The position numbers and the translations under genes were made by a program. From Campylobacterales bacterium (GTDB lineage: Bacteria > Campylobacterota > Campylobacteria > Campylobacterales > UBA6016): a stretch of DNA of 64,000 bases. Below the pieces are notes generated by a model. It had not been told where the DNA came from. It worked only from the letters and a program-made list of their open reading frames with translations, and did not search any database. The first letter of the stretch is position 1. Each line of letters begins with the position of its first letter. Positions 21,096-29,769 of this stretch are shown here, one piece after another. The stretch is taken from NCBI GenBank assembly GCA_050252455.1, contig JBFWKW010000002.1, positions 129,421 through 193,420 on the forward strand, read 5' to 3'.

Positions 21096-22177
21096 GAAAC
21101 ATTCTTTTGTCTAGCATCAAAAATATAACTTGCCAAGTCATTATCCGTCAAAAGCATACCGTTTTCATAAAAGCTTTTATACCAATTTATAGTTTTTTCA
21201 AATGTAGTCTCACTATCCCAAACATTTTTCCAACCTAGTCTTATATTGGCTTTTGAGCAATCAAGCTTTAACAGATTTGCTTCATGTAGAGTATTTGCAC
21301 TATTGCAAATTTCATAATCTATTTTATCCCAGTATTTTTTGACTTTTTTTACAACACTCTCAACGCTAATACTTCCCTCGTCGCTTGGCCCAAAATTCCA
21401 CCCATCTGCAAATTCTAATTTTTCTTCGAGTATTTTTTGTCCTACTTGCAAATAACCACTTAACGGTTCCAATACATGCTGCCATGGTCTCGTGGCGTTC
21501 GGATTTCGAATACTCACTTTTCTGTCCTGCGAAACAGAAAGCATGATATCGGTCATCAATCTATCTTTTGCCCAATCGCCACCGCCTATAACATTTCCTG
21601 CACGGCATGATGCCAGTAGAGTGCCGTGCATTTTTTTGTACTCTTGAACATTGAAATAGGAGTTGCGATAACTAGAAGTAAGTAGTTCGGCACATCCCTT
21701 ACTAGAACTATAAGGGTCATAGCCTCCCATAGGGTCACGTTCTCTATAGCCCCATACCCACTCTTTATTATCGTAACATTTATCGCTCGTTACATTAATA
21801 ATCGATTTGATGCCATATGTTCGGCATGCCTCAAACACCTTTAGCGTTCCGATAACATTTGTCTCATACGTTTCTATCGGTGATTCGTATGAGAGCCTAA
21901 CAAGCGGCTGCGCCGCAAGGTGAAATACTATATCCGGCTTATGCATTTCAAATACTTGATTTAGCTTACCCAAATCCCTAATATCGCCCATAATAGATAC
22001 CATGTCGATATTTAAAAATTCAAAATGACTCGGATTAGTCGGTACTGAAAGGGAGTATCCAATAACATTCGCACCCATTTTAACCAACCAATAGCTTAGC
22101 CAAGAACCTTTAAATCCTGTATGTCCAGTAATTAAAACTGTTTTATTTTTATAGGCCCCGCCAAAAAGAGTGTGCAT
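21083..22177 (-). CDS. rfbG: CDP-glucose 4,6-dehydratase
   Basis: TGHTGFKGSWL, HLAAQPLVR, TSDKCY, PYSSSK, RPWQHVLEPL. Start moved to ATG 22177 (TAATG overlap). Confidence 0.93.
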   Translation of the reverse strand: MHTLFGGAYKNKTVLITGHTGFKGSWLSYWLVKMGANVIGYSLSVPTNPSHFEFLNIDMVSIMGDIRDLGKLNQVFEMHKPDIVFHLAAQPLVRLSYESPIETYETNVIGTLKVFEACRTYGIKSIINVTSDKCYDNKEWVWGYRERDPMGGYDPYSSSKGCAELLTSSYRNSYFNVQEYKKMHGTLLASCRAGNVIGGGDWAKDRLMTDIMLSVSQDRKVSIRNPNATRPWQHVLEPLSGYLQVGQKILEEKLEFADGWNFGPSDEGSISVESVVKKVKKYWDKIDYEICNSANTLHEANLLKLDCSKANIRLGWKNVWDSETTFEKTINWYKSFYENGMLLTDNDLASYIFDARQKNVSWVN

Positions 22178-22944
22178 TACCAAACTTTCCAAGGAGCCTC
22201 TTTTGATTGCCACAACTCCTCTAGCTTTGTTTTGTCTCTAAGCGTATCCATGGGTTGCCAAAAGCCATGGTGTTTATATGCAGATAGCTCATTTGATTCC
22301 GCAAGAGTCTCCAAGGGCTTTAGCTCCCATACAGTGGAATCATTATCTATTAGGTCAATAACTGAGGGCTCCAAAACAAAAAACCCTCCACTAATCCAAC
22401 CACCGTCACCGTTTGGCTTTTCCTTAAAATCACTTATTTTATTTCCATTTAATCCTAAAGCCCCAAATCTACCGGCTGGCTGCACGGCAGTAACCGTAGC
22501 TTGTGTTTTTTGCGCTTTATGAAATTTAACAAGCTTACCTATATCTATATCACCAACCCCATCACCGTAAGTCAAACAAAACGTATCATCGCCTATGTAG
22601 TCTCTTACTTTTTTGATTCTACCTCCGGTCATTGTTTCTTCACCGGTTTCAACCAAAGTAATACGCCATGGCTCAGAACTATTTTGGTGCACCTGCATAG
22701 AATTATCCGAAAGATCAAATGTTACATCCGACTGATGAAGATAATAATTTGCAAAATATTCTTTTATGATATATCCCTTATAGCCCAAGCAGATAATAAA
22801 ATCATTAATCCCATAATGCGAATATATCTTCATAATATGCCAGAGTATAGGTTTGCCACCAATTTCTATCATGGGTTTTGGCTTCAAGTGAGACTCCTCA
22901 CTTATCCTGGTGCCAAGCCCTCCGGCCAAGATGACAGCTTTCAT
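22177..22944 (-). CDS. rfbF: Glucose-1-phosphate cytidylyltransferase
   Basis: [43 protein letters not shown]. Confidence 0.93.
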   Translation of the reverse strand: MKAVILAGGLGTRISEESHLKPKPMIEIGGKPILWHIMKIYSHYGINDFIICLGYKGYIIKEYFANYYLHQSDVTFDLSDNSMQVHQNSSEPWRITLVETGEETMTGGRIKKVRDYIGDDTFCLTYGDGVGDIDIGKLVKFHKAQKTQATVTAVQPAGRFGALGLNGNKISDFKEKPNGDGGWISGGFFVLEPSVIDLIDNDSTVWELKPLETLAESNELSAYKHHGFWQPMDTLRDKTKLEELWQSKEAPWKVW

Positions 22945-22982
22945 CAAATTTTCCTTAATTAAATTACTTAGACTTCATAAAA

Positions 22983-25520
22983 TTACACGGTATGCCACGG
23001 AGAGAGGTAGTCTTTTTCCTCCCTCCTATCTAACCAATCGGCTAAAATCTTTATATCTTCCCACTCTGACGGTTTCATGCATCTTAGAGAGTTCGCCGGC
23101 ACCAGGAGAGAGTCATTAAGCTGTGTTAGCTTCTTTTTACCTGTCGCCAAAACAGGTTCAAGCACGGTTATCGGAAAAGCTTTTCGTATAAAAACAGCGT
23201 GCATATACTGGCATGCCAAAAAAATTTGCTCGTCGCTTAAGGCTTCGATTTTTGGCAAAGAAGCCAATAATGTTTTATATTCACTTACATTGTTCGGATC
23301 ATATGTAAAACCGCTACGATCATACCTACCTCGGCCTGCCGTTATGACAGCCTTGCCCATAGTAGCCATCTCCATCCCTGCCGTTCCCCTGACCGTAATA
23401 CCAAAATCGGCAAACTTCATCCAACTAATTGGGCTAAAAGGTGTGCCTGGCGGAATCAATCTTACATGCGACGGCAGCTTACCGATATGCTTTGCAATGA
23501 GAAGCTCCTCTTCATACTCACCAGGGCCCTTCTCCCCGCGCCAAATATTAGATGGATGAATTTTAATGAGCCATTTTATATTTGGATTGTCACAGGCAGA
23601 TTTTACCGTCTCTATTAACCACTCTGCGTAGCTATCAAAGATATCTTCGCCGTAAAAATATAAAGTATCGTATAAGATATGCGAAAAGACTATGACGACT
23701 TTATCATCTCTTTCAAAGCCAAGCCATTCTCTGATATCATCGCTAGATACCTCTTTTGTTCCGCTGTAATTTCTAGAAAATACAGCCCACGCTCCGCCGT
23801 ATCGCTTTGCAAAAAACGTTTCCAGCTCTTGTTTATGCTCAAACTTCTCTTGCTTAATTTTTTCCCATGTATCTGGGGCAAGCGCAGAGTGATGCCACGA
23901 ATTAAAGTTTCTATCGAAATGCTGTAAGAAAAAAACATTATCTCTGCTACTGGACGCCCATCTAATTATGTCTCTGTCTAGTTCTATGGCAGCCAAATAA
24001 AATCCGCCATATGAGTCGGTATTTAATTCCGTAAAAAAAGCTTTGTCTATATTGTTATCGGTCAATATCTTTTTTGCTTTTATATAATTGATATATATAC
24101 TTTCAATGATTTGGGCTATTTCTTCTTTCACTACATACTTAGATATATCAGCCTCGCCAGTCTTATGATTTCTGCAATATGTAGAAATGGCATATTTGCC
24201 TAGCGGCATTCCTCTCCATTTAAATTGGAGGGTCTGTGCCAGTGTATGCACATTTATCAAAAAGTTACTTTTTAGCTCTTTTAAGTTCGCTTGTTCGGTC
24301 TCGTTTGCTTCGCTAAATTTATCAAAATATATTACGTGAATTCCAAATAACCTGTATAGCCAATTATTGCGAATAGATCCAGACAAAGATACGGCTGTCA
24401 TTTTGTACCCGTAATAACTAAGTCCACGGCCCAAAACACCCCACAAGACGGGCATAAAGTGATTCATGCCCTCAAGAGAAACCAAGAGAATATTACTTTT
24501 AATACTATTGGGCGTATCAATATTACGTATATTTTTTACGGTTCTGAAAACTACACGCAAAAAATCTACAAACTCAACGATTCTATTCCTGATTCTACGT
24601 GGAAGACTAGTTAAAAAATAACGCCCCCAACCAAGCACCTTTTTAATAAATCTAAAACTATCGATAATGAGGTCATCACGATATACTTTTACGAAAAATA
24701 CTCGTCGAAGCAATATATATAAAAGGAATACAGTCTGAAATATATTCGGCCTTGCTGTACGTCTAATATACTCAAACAATCCTACAGACTGAGCAATCGT
24801 TCCAAAATATAAATTCAAGACATTGCGTTTAAGTCCAAATGACCTTATCACTCCATCCGGCGTTGAGCCTTCGCCGCCCAATCCTAAACGAAAAAGTCCA
24901 CCGGGACCTTTTTTTATTTTTCCGGCAACAGCGGCATGAACAAGAATGGCATGATCGGCGCCATAGAACTTTGGAAATTCATGTGACAATAATTTTTCTC
25001 TGCGAAACAATCCACATATTTCATTATTCAAATTTTGATTTAGTAAAACATTCTCAATACGAGTCATTAGTCCGTCCTCGTTGGAATACTCTATATTGCT
25101 GCATAATGTTTTGACCACTTTGCCGTTGTCCATTATCGCTGCGTCTGAATATGCGAGCGAACAATCACTGTCGTCTTCTAGTATCTTGACCATGGCACTA
25201 ATGAAGCCTATATCCCTCTCGTCGTCATCTGCCGCCCACATAAAATACTTTCCGCTCGACTTTTGAAGTACAAAGCGAAAATTGTCTATCGCCACAAGCG
25301 GAGTATCCTGACGGTAATATATAACTCGCTTATCATTTGCGGATATCTCGTCAATTACATTTTTTGTGTCATCCCCAGGTGAACAATTGTCGGAAATGAT
25401 AATCTCAAGATTAGGGTATGTCTGTTTTGATAGCTGAGAGAGCATCGAAGCAAGTAGCTTTGGCCTATTGTATGTTGGAACGCCTATGGATACAAGTGGA
25501 AATTCTCTTAAGTTATCCAT
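22983..25520 (-). CDS. Two-domain glycosyltransferase: N-terminal GT2 plus C-terminal KpsS/KpsC-like (Capsule_synth) CMP-ulosonate transferase domain
   Basis: N-terminal VSIGVPTYNR, ISDNCS, WAADDD. C-terminal SHILYD, LIKIHP and TVRGTAGME resemble the QxxD, HP and S/T-x-G-x-E motifs of CMP-Kdo/sialyl transferases. Confidence 0.7.
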   Translation of the reverse strand: MDNLREFPLVSIGVPTYNRPKLLASMLSQLSKQTYPNLEIIISDNCSPGDDTKNVIDEISANDKRVIYYRQDTPLVAIDNFRFVLQKSSGKYFMWAADDDERDIGFISAMVKILEDDSDCSLAYSDAAIMDNGKVVKTLCSNIEYSNEDGLMTRIENVLLNQNLNNEICGLFRREKLLSHEFPKFYGADHAILVHAAVAGKIKKGPGGLFRLGLGGEGSTPDGVIRSFGLKRNVLNLYFGTIAQSVGLFEYIRRTARPNIFQTVFLLYILLRRVFFVKVYRDDLIIDSFRFIKKVLGWGRYFLTSLPRRIRNRIVEFVDFLRVVFRTVKNIRNIDTPNSIKSNILLVSLEGMNHFMPVLWGVLGRGLSYYGYKMTAVSLSGSIRNNWLYRLFGIHVIYFDKFSEANETEQANLKELKSNFLINVHTLAQTLQFKWRGMPLGKYAISTYCRNHKTGEADISKYVVKEEIAQIIESIYINYIKAKKILTDNNIDKAFFTELNTDSYGGFYLAAIELDRDIIRWASSSRDNVFFLQHFDRNFNSWHHSALAPDTWEKIKQEKFEHKQELETFFAKRYGGAWAVFSRNYSGTKEVSSDDIREWLGFERDDKVVIVFSHILYDTLYFYGEDIFDSYAEWLIETVKSACDNPNIKWLIKIHPSNIWRGEKGPGEYEEELLIAKHIGKLPSHVRLIPPGTPFSPISWMKFADFGITVRGTAGMEMATMGKAVITAGRGRYDRSGFTYDPNNVSEYKTLLASLPKIEALSDEQIFLACQYMHAVFIRKAFPITVLEPVLATGKKKLTQLNDSLLVPANSLRCMKPSEWEDIKILADWLDRREEKDYLSPWHTV

Positions 25521-25531
25521 GCTTACTAACC

Positions 25532-26242
25532 CTACTCAATTTCAACTAGTTTTTTTTCTAATATAGTTTCCAAAAGATATAAATCCATCATAGTATCAAG
25601 GTTTACACTTCTCTCTTTTGGAAAAATAAACGGCATTGTCTTGTCCGTGAAAAAACTCTTTCTATTTTTCAGAGTCTGAATATCAGTAAGGTAAAAAGCA
25701 CCGTTTAATCTATATACCTTCGGCAGTAATTGTCTTGGCACCATTGACTCTACGCCCAAATATGATACGACATACCCATTTTCTATTTTTTGTATTTTAT
25801 TTGGATGTGGATCATCATGTTCCGTAACGCTCACTACAGAATCAAATTCATTTTTTTGTCGTTCAAAAGCCTCAAACAGGCTGTCTATATCTCGTTTTAT
25901 CCGTAATGGACTTGTAGTCTGCAGCAATAATATATAAGCGTCTTCTTCTATCTCTTCAGTTTCGGCGGTGTGGAGAAGCACATCAATAGTCAACGCTGAG
26001 TCCGTAGCCAATTCATCCGGTCTTTTCTCTTTCGTAGCAACACCCATTCTTTTGGATACCTCATACATTTCATTGTCGTCGGTAGAGACCAAAATAGCAT
26101 CTACATAACTGCATTTTTGAGCTAGCATAATAGTGCGTTCCAAAATAGAAATACCATTTATCTTATAAAGATTTTTTCCAGGTATTCCTTTTGAACCGCC
26201 TCGTACAGGTATAATTGCATATACTTTTTTCCCGTTTAGCAC
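25532..26242 (-). CDS. neuA: Acylneuraminate (CMP-ulosonate) cytidylyltransferase family
   Basis: IIPVRGGSKGIPGKN, VSTDD, LLQTTSPLR, LNGAFY. GTG start. Confidence 0.88.
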   Translation of the reverse strand: MLNGKKVYAIIPVRGGSKGIPGKNLYKINGISILERTIMLAQKCSYVDAILVSTDDNEMYEVSKRMGVATKEKRPDELATDSALTIDVLLHTAETEEIEEDAYILLLQTTSPLRIKRDIDSLFEAFERQKNEFDSVVSVTEHDDPHPNKIQKIENGYVVSYLGVESMVPRQLLPKVYRLNGAFYLTDIQTLKNRKSFFTDKTMPFIFPKERSVNLDTMMDLYLLETILEKKLVEIE

Positions 26243-27306
26243 TTTTTATACACCCCTATCATTCTGCTTCCAAGGTTATTCTTATGTATATATTCCGGCG
26301 TTATAAAATCAAATAGTCCGGCTGGATCTCCATATCCATGATATGGATACTCTCCCGACATATAACTTTTTACGTTATCAATTTCCGTAATGACGGTTTC
26401 AAAAAACACTTCTTTAAAACCGTTTAGCTCAAATACTTTTTTTAAACTTGCCGGAGAAAAATGCGATACGTGCTTCCAATTGAAGGTTGGGGACATCTCT
26501 CTAGACAATCTTGTAATTAAAGATTCAGCATTCGGAACCATTATAAATACGAGTCCGTTATCCTTCAACACACGGTTCATGGAGCCCACAATGCCATTTA
26601 GGTCATATAAATGCTCAAGCACATTCCATAAAGAGATGCAGTCATATCCATCGCCAACCTTATCGGTATCCAGACTTTCAAATGTTGTATTTATAAATTT
26701 TAATCCTGCTTTGCCGTTCGCTTCGTAACCATCGGCATAGTTGCTATTGGCGTCTATGCCTATACACTCTTGCCATCCATTTTCTTGTGCTATTTTCAAA
26801 AATAGACCGGTTCCGCAACCCAAATCCATTATCTTATTTTTCGCCGGAGGGTTTAGTTTTTCAATTATTTTAAGCCCGTAGCTATACTTTATATAATCCA
26901 TATCTTTTTGGGTAGGGCTCTTATAGATATCTGATGCGGTACTGTCATCAGAATATATTTGTACCGCTTCATCAAATTTAATCCTGGGATTTAAATATCT
27001 ATGTGTGCAGCCTTTGCATCTATAAATATCTAACCCCATTCTTTGGAGGGAAAACTCTCGCTCCTCACTCCCGCATACTGGACATCTGTTTACATCTTCC
27101 CATAATCCATCTTTTCTTTGATATCGCTCAATGCCTGTGTCAATGACAACCTTGGCATGCTCTTTAATAAGCCCTCCACTTGAGGGCTTGCCTTCTCCGG
27201 ATCTATTTGTATCACTATGAAACTTTTTAGCGCCGTACACCAGGTTACCGTCGAACCTATTTTTTATTTTTAATCTCTCTTCAAAACTATTGATATCAAA
27301 ATCCAT
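26236..27306 (-). CDS. Zn-ribbon class I SAM methyltransferase
   Basis: CPVCG...CKGC, MDLGCGTGLFL, WNVLEH, MVPN, HVSHFS. Start moved to ATG 27306, after GGGGA. Confidence 0.8.
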   Translation of the reverse strand: MDFDINSFEERLKIKNRFDGNLVYGAKKFHSDTNRSGEGKPSSGGLIKEHAKVVIDTGIERYQRKDGLWEDVNRCPVCGSEEREFSLQRMGLDIYRCKGCTHRYLNPRIKFDEAVQIYSDDSTASDIYKSPTQKDMDYIKYSYGLKIIEKLNPPAKNKIMDLGCGTGLFLKIAQENGWQECIGIDANSNYADGYEANGKAGLKFINTTFESLDTDKVGDGYDCISLWNVLEHLYDLNGIVGSMNRVLKDNGLVFIMVPNAESLITRLSREMSPTFNWKHVSHFSPASLKKVFELNGFKEVFFETVITEIDNVKSYMSGEYPYHGYGDPAGLFDFITPEYIHKNNLGSRMIGVYKKC

Positions 27307-27318
27307 AAAAATCCCCAA

Positions 27319-28038
27319 TTATTTTATTGCCAAAAAGCCTTCGAAAGAAACATATTTCATTATGCTCATAACATCAACAAAGCCGGATCTTTTGAGCATA
27401 TCAACATTGGCTTGCGACGAAAATGGCTCAAGGACACCCTTTAGGCTTCTTGACTTGGCGACTATTTCATCGGAATTGTATCCTTGCTCTATTTTGTATT
27501 CATTGTAGAGACTAGTCATCATATCTTGAAATCTGGCATCAGGAGCCCTAACTTTTTCAAACAACAAAAATGCACCGCCCCACTTGAGAGACGAATAGAT
27601 TTTATCTATAAGCTTTTGCCTATCACTGGGCCTGATAAACTGAACCGTATAATAAGAAACTATGAAATCCGATGGCTCAAAATCAAATAAAAGCGCATCT
27701 TCCACGGAGAAAAACACATTCTCTATATTGTTAGACGCTTTTTTGCTATTTGCTATTTCAACCATATCTGCCACAGGATCAATGCCTATAAATCTTGCGT
27801 TCGGCTTTGATTTATTATGCTTTGCTAGTTTTGTCGTCAGCTCTCCCGTTGAACACCCTATCTCATAGGCAACAGAATCATTCTTGATAAAATAGTCGCT
27901 TAGATTGCATACCAATGTTTGTCCTTCCCTATAGAAAGGCACTGATTTTGAAACATGCTCATCAAAGCTTTTTGCCGTATCCCCGTCAAAACGCCAATTT
28001 GCGTTTTCGGCCGTTATATTATCACCTGTACTTAACAT
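27319..28038 (-). CDS. CmoA-like SAM-dependent transferase (paralog of carboxy-SAM synthase)
   Basis: WRFDG..A..FD.HV..SVPFY, YEIGCSTG, YTVQF, GGAFLLFEK, GY...EI..KSRSL. Start moved to ATG 28038, after AAGAGG. Confidence 0.75.
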   Translation of the reverse strand: MLSTGDNITAENANWRFDGDTAKSFDEHVSKSVPFYREGQTLVCNLSDYFIKNDSVAYEIGCSTGELTTKLAKHNKSKPNARFIGIDPVADMVEIANSKKASNNIENVFFSVEDALLFDFEPSDFIVSYYTVQFIRPSDRQKLIDKIYSSLKWGGAFLLFEKVRAPDARFQDMMTSLYNEYKIEQGYNSDEIVAKSRSLKGVLEPFSSQANVDMLKRSGFVDVMSIMKYVSFEGFLAIK

Positions 28039-29006
28039 ATAACATCCTCTTCTTTCATATAGGCTTCCCAATTATAAATCGGTTTTTTATGTATATGGGT
28101 AGCAAATCTACCTCTATAATAATCCCTATTTAGTAGTTCCTCTTTTGAAAGCTCTCTTTCTCTGCTACCTAACATCTGAGAAAATTCCGGTATGAACTCC
28201 TGTATGTAGTTCCATTGCTCATCTTTGCCAAGTTTTGCAAATTTATTAAGCTCTTGCAGATGCTCTTTTCGTATGGAGACTTTTCCATCCCTAGTCTCTT
28301 CTTCGGGCAGTATAGTAAAATGCCTCTCGATGATATCTGCCCCACAATAAATAGCAGCAAGCGAAGCCTTAATTCCATCTCTTGATACCATGGTATGTTC
28401 GCTAAGACCGACTGAGTCCGCATATTGCTTTAGATACTCCATCCTATTAAGATGTATCTCGCTAAGAGGCGTTGGATAGAGCGTAACACAGTGCAAAAGT
28501 GAGAAATCAACACCACTTTGTTTGAGATAACCTGCAGTTTGTCTAATTTCATCATCATATGTGGCGCCCGTAGAAACTATAATCTCATCAAAGTTAGAAG
28601 CCAGTCTTTCTATCAAGGCCAGTGATGCGCAATCATAGCTAGCAACCTTTACGCTCTTCCAACCAAACTTTTTTATCATATCGACGCTTCCATGCGTAAA
28701 AGCAGTGGTAAGCGGAATAACGCCACAACTGCCGCACTCTTCTATGAACAGCTCATGTTGTCTATATGAAAGTTCTAATTTTAGCAATCTTTCATATTCT
28801 GGAATATACGGACGTTTAATACATAATGTACTGCCGTTTTCGTCTACAAGCCCATTTTCAAATCTTTCTCTGTAAACAACATCATCCGCAAATATTGTTT
28901 GTATTTTGACATGCGTCGCACCGCCTTCGGCTGCGGCTTTTACCATCTCCCGCAAAGTATCAAAATTTCCATTATGGTTCTGGCAAAGCTCAGCTATTAT
29001 TTTCAT
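28032..29006 (-). CDS. neuB: NeuB-family PEP-dependent ulosonate synthase lacking the C-terminal SAF domain
   Basis: IIAELCQNHNG, KIQT, KVAS, LHCVTLYPT, LSEHT, IERHFT. The 324-aa protein ends shortly after the TIM barrel. Confidence 0.82.
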   Translation of the reverse strand: MKIIAELCQNHNGNFDTLREMVKAAAEGGATHVKIQTIFADDVVYRERFENGLVDENGSTLCIKRPYIPEYERLLKLELSYRQHELFIEECGSCGVIPLTTAFTHGSVDMIKKFGWKSVKVASYDCASLALIERLASNFDEIIVSTGATYDDEIRQTAGYLKQSGVDFSLLHCVTLYPTPLSEIHLNRMEYLKQYADSVGLSEHTMVSRDGIKASLAAIYCGADIIERHFTILPEEETRDGKVSIRKEHLQELNKFAKLGKDEQWNYIQEFIPEFSQMLGSRERELSKEELLNRDYYRGRFATHIHKKPIYNWEAYMKEEDVIC

Positions 29007-29007
29007 A

Positions 29008-29769
29008 TTAGGCCTTATTTTTTAGAAGTTTGTATATATAAGCTAAATGCTCGGTTGCCGCATCTATTTCAAATTGTACAATATCTCCACAATTATCAAA
29101 CATAGTATTTGTCTCAATATCTAGCCATAATGCCTGCCTATTATGGAAAATACACTTGTCATCTTGCATATGAAACTCTCCGTCTTTTATAGTAAGCGTG
29201 TTTATGTCGTCGACTTCAAACTCAAACAAAAACAAAATATTGATATCTTTTTTGGTACTAATATGAAATTCTGCGTTTAATTCATTATCTCCAATGACAA
29301 ATTTTTTCATAGACGGTATTTGTCTAACTTGCTTCTTTATACAACTGTGTTTGCTAATTATAAAATTAATATCTGAATACGTTTTTTCTATTATATCCAT
29401 GAACTCTTCATTGGTCGGCATTAAGAAGTCATGGCCTTTAAACACAAGAGCCTCCTCAAATAGCTCTCTCACAAGAAGTCTAGGATTTAAGACTTCATCA
29501 AGAGAATCGGATCTGCCCGTAAAAAGAGATACTTTTCCTGGATTAACTCTTGCATCCTGACTGCGTCTAACAACCGATAAATATCTTCCATTGACCAAAT
29601 ACGCACCGCCACCGGATAGCAAAAAATAACCGTCAGAGAAGACGTTTTTATTAAATTCGTTATCATCCTCGATAGGCTTACAATGATTTAGTAACTCCGA
29701 CCTTTCTACATTTAGTATATTGGGTAGTATATTCACAAACTCATGTTTATATATCTTATAAAAACTCAT
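29008..29769 (-). CDS. Hypothetical protein with a degenerate Nudix box
   Basis: VVRRS...NPGKVSLFTGRSDSLDE...RELFEE resembles PG.(W)..PGG...E...RELxEE. Confidence 0.5.
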   Translation of the reverse strand: MSFYKIYKHEFVNILPNILNVERSELLNHCKPIEDDNEFNKNVFSDGYFLLSGGGAYLVNGRYLSVVRRSQDARVNPGKVSLFTGRSDSLDEVLNPRLLVRELFEEALVFKGHDFLMPTNEEFMDIIEKTYSDINFIISKHSCIKKQVRQIPSMKKFVIGDNELNAEFHISTKKDINILFLFEFEVDDINTLTIKDGEFHMQDDKCIFHNRQALWLDIETNTMFDNCGDIVQFEIDAATEHLAYIYKLLKNKA

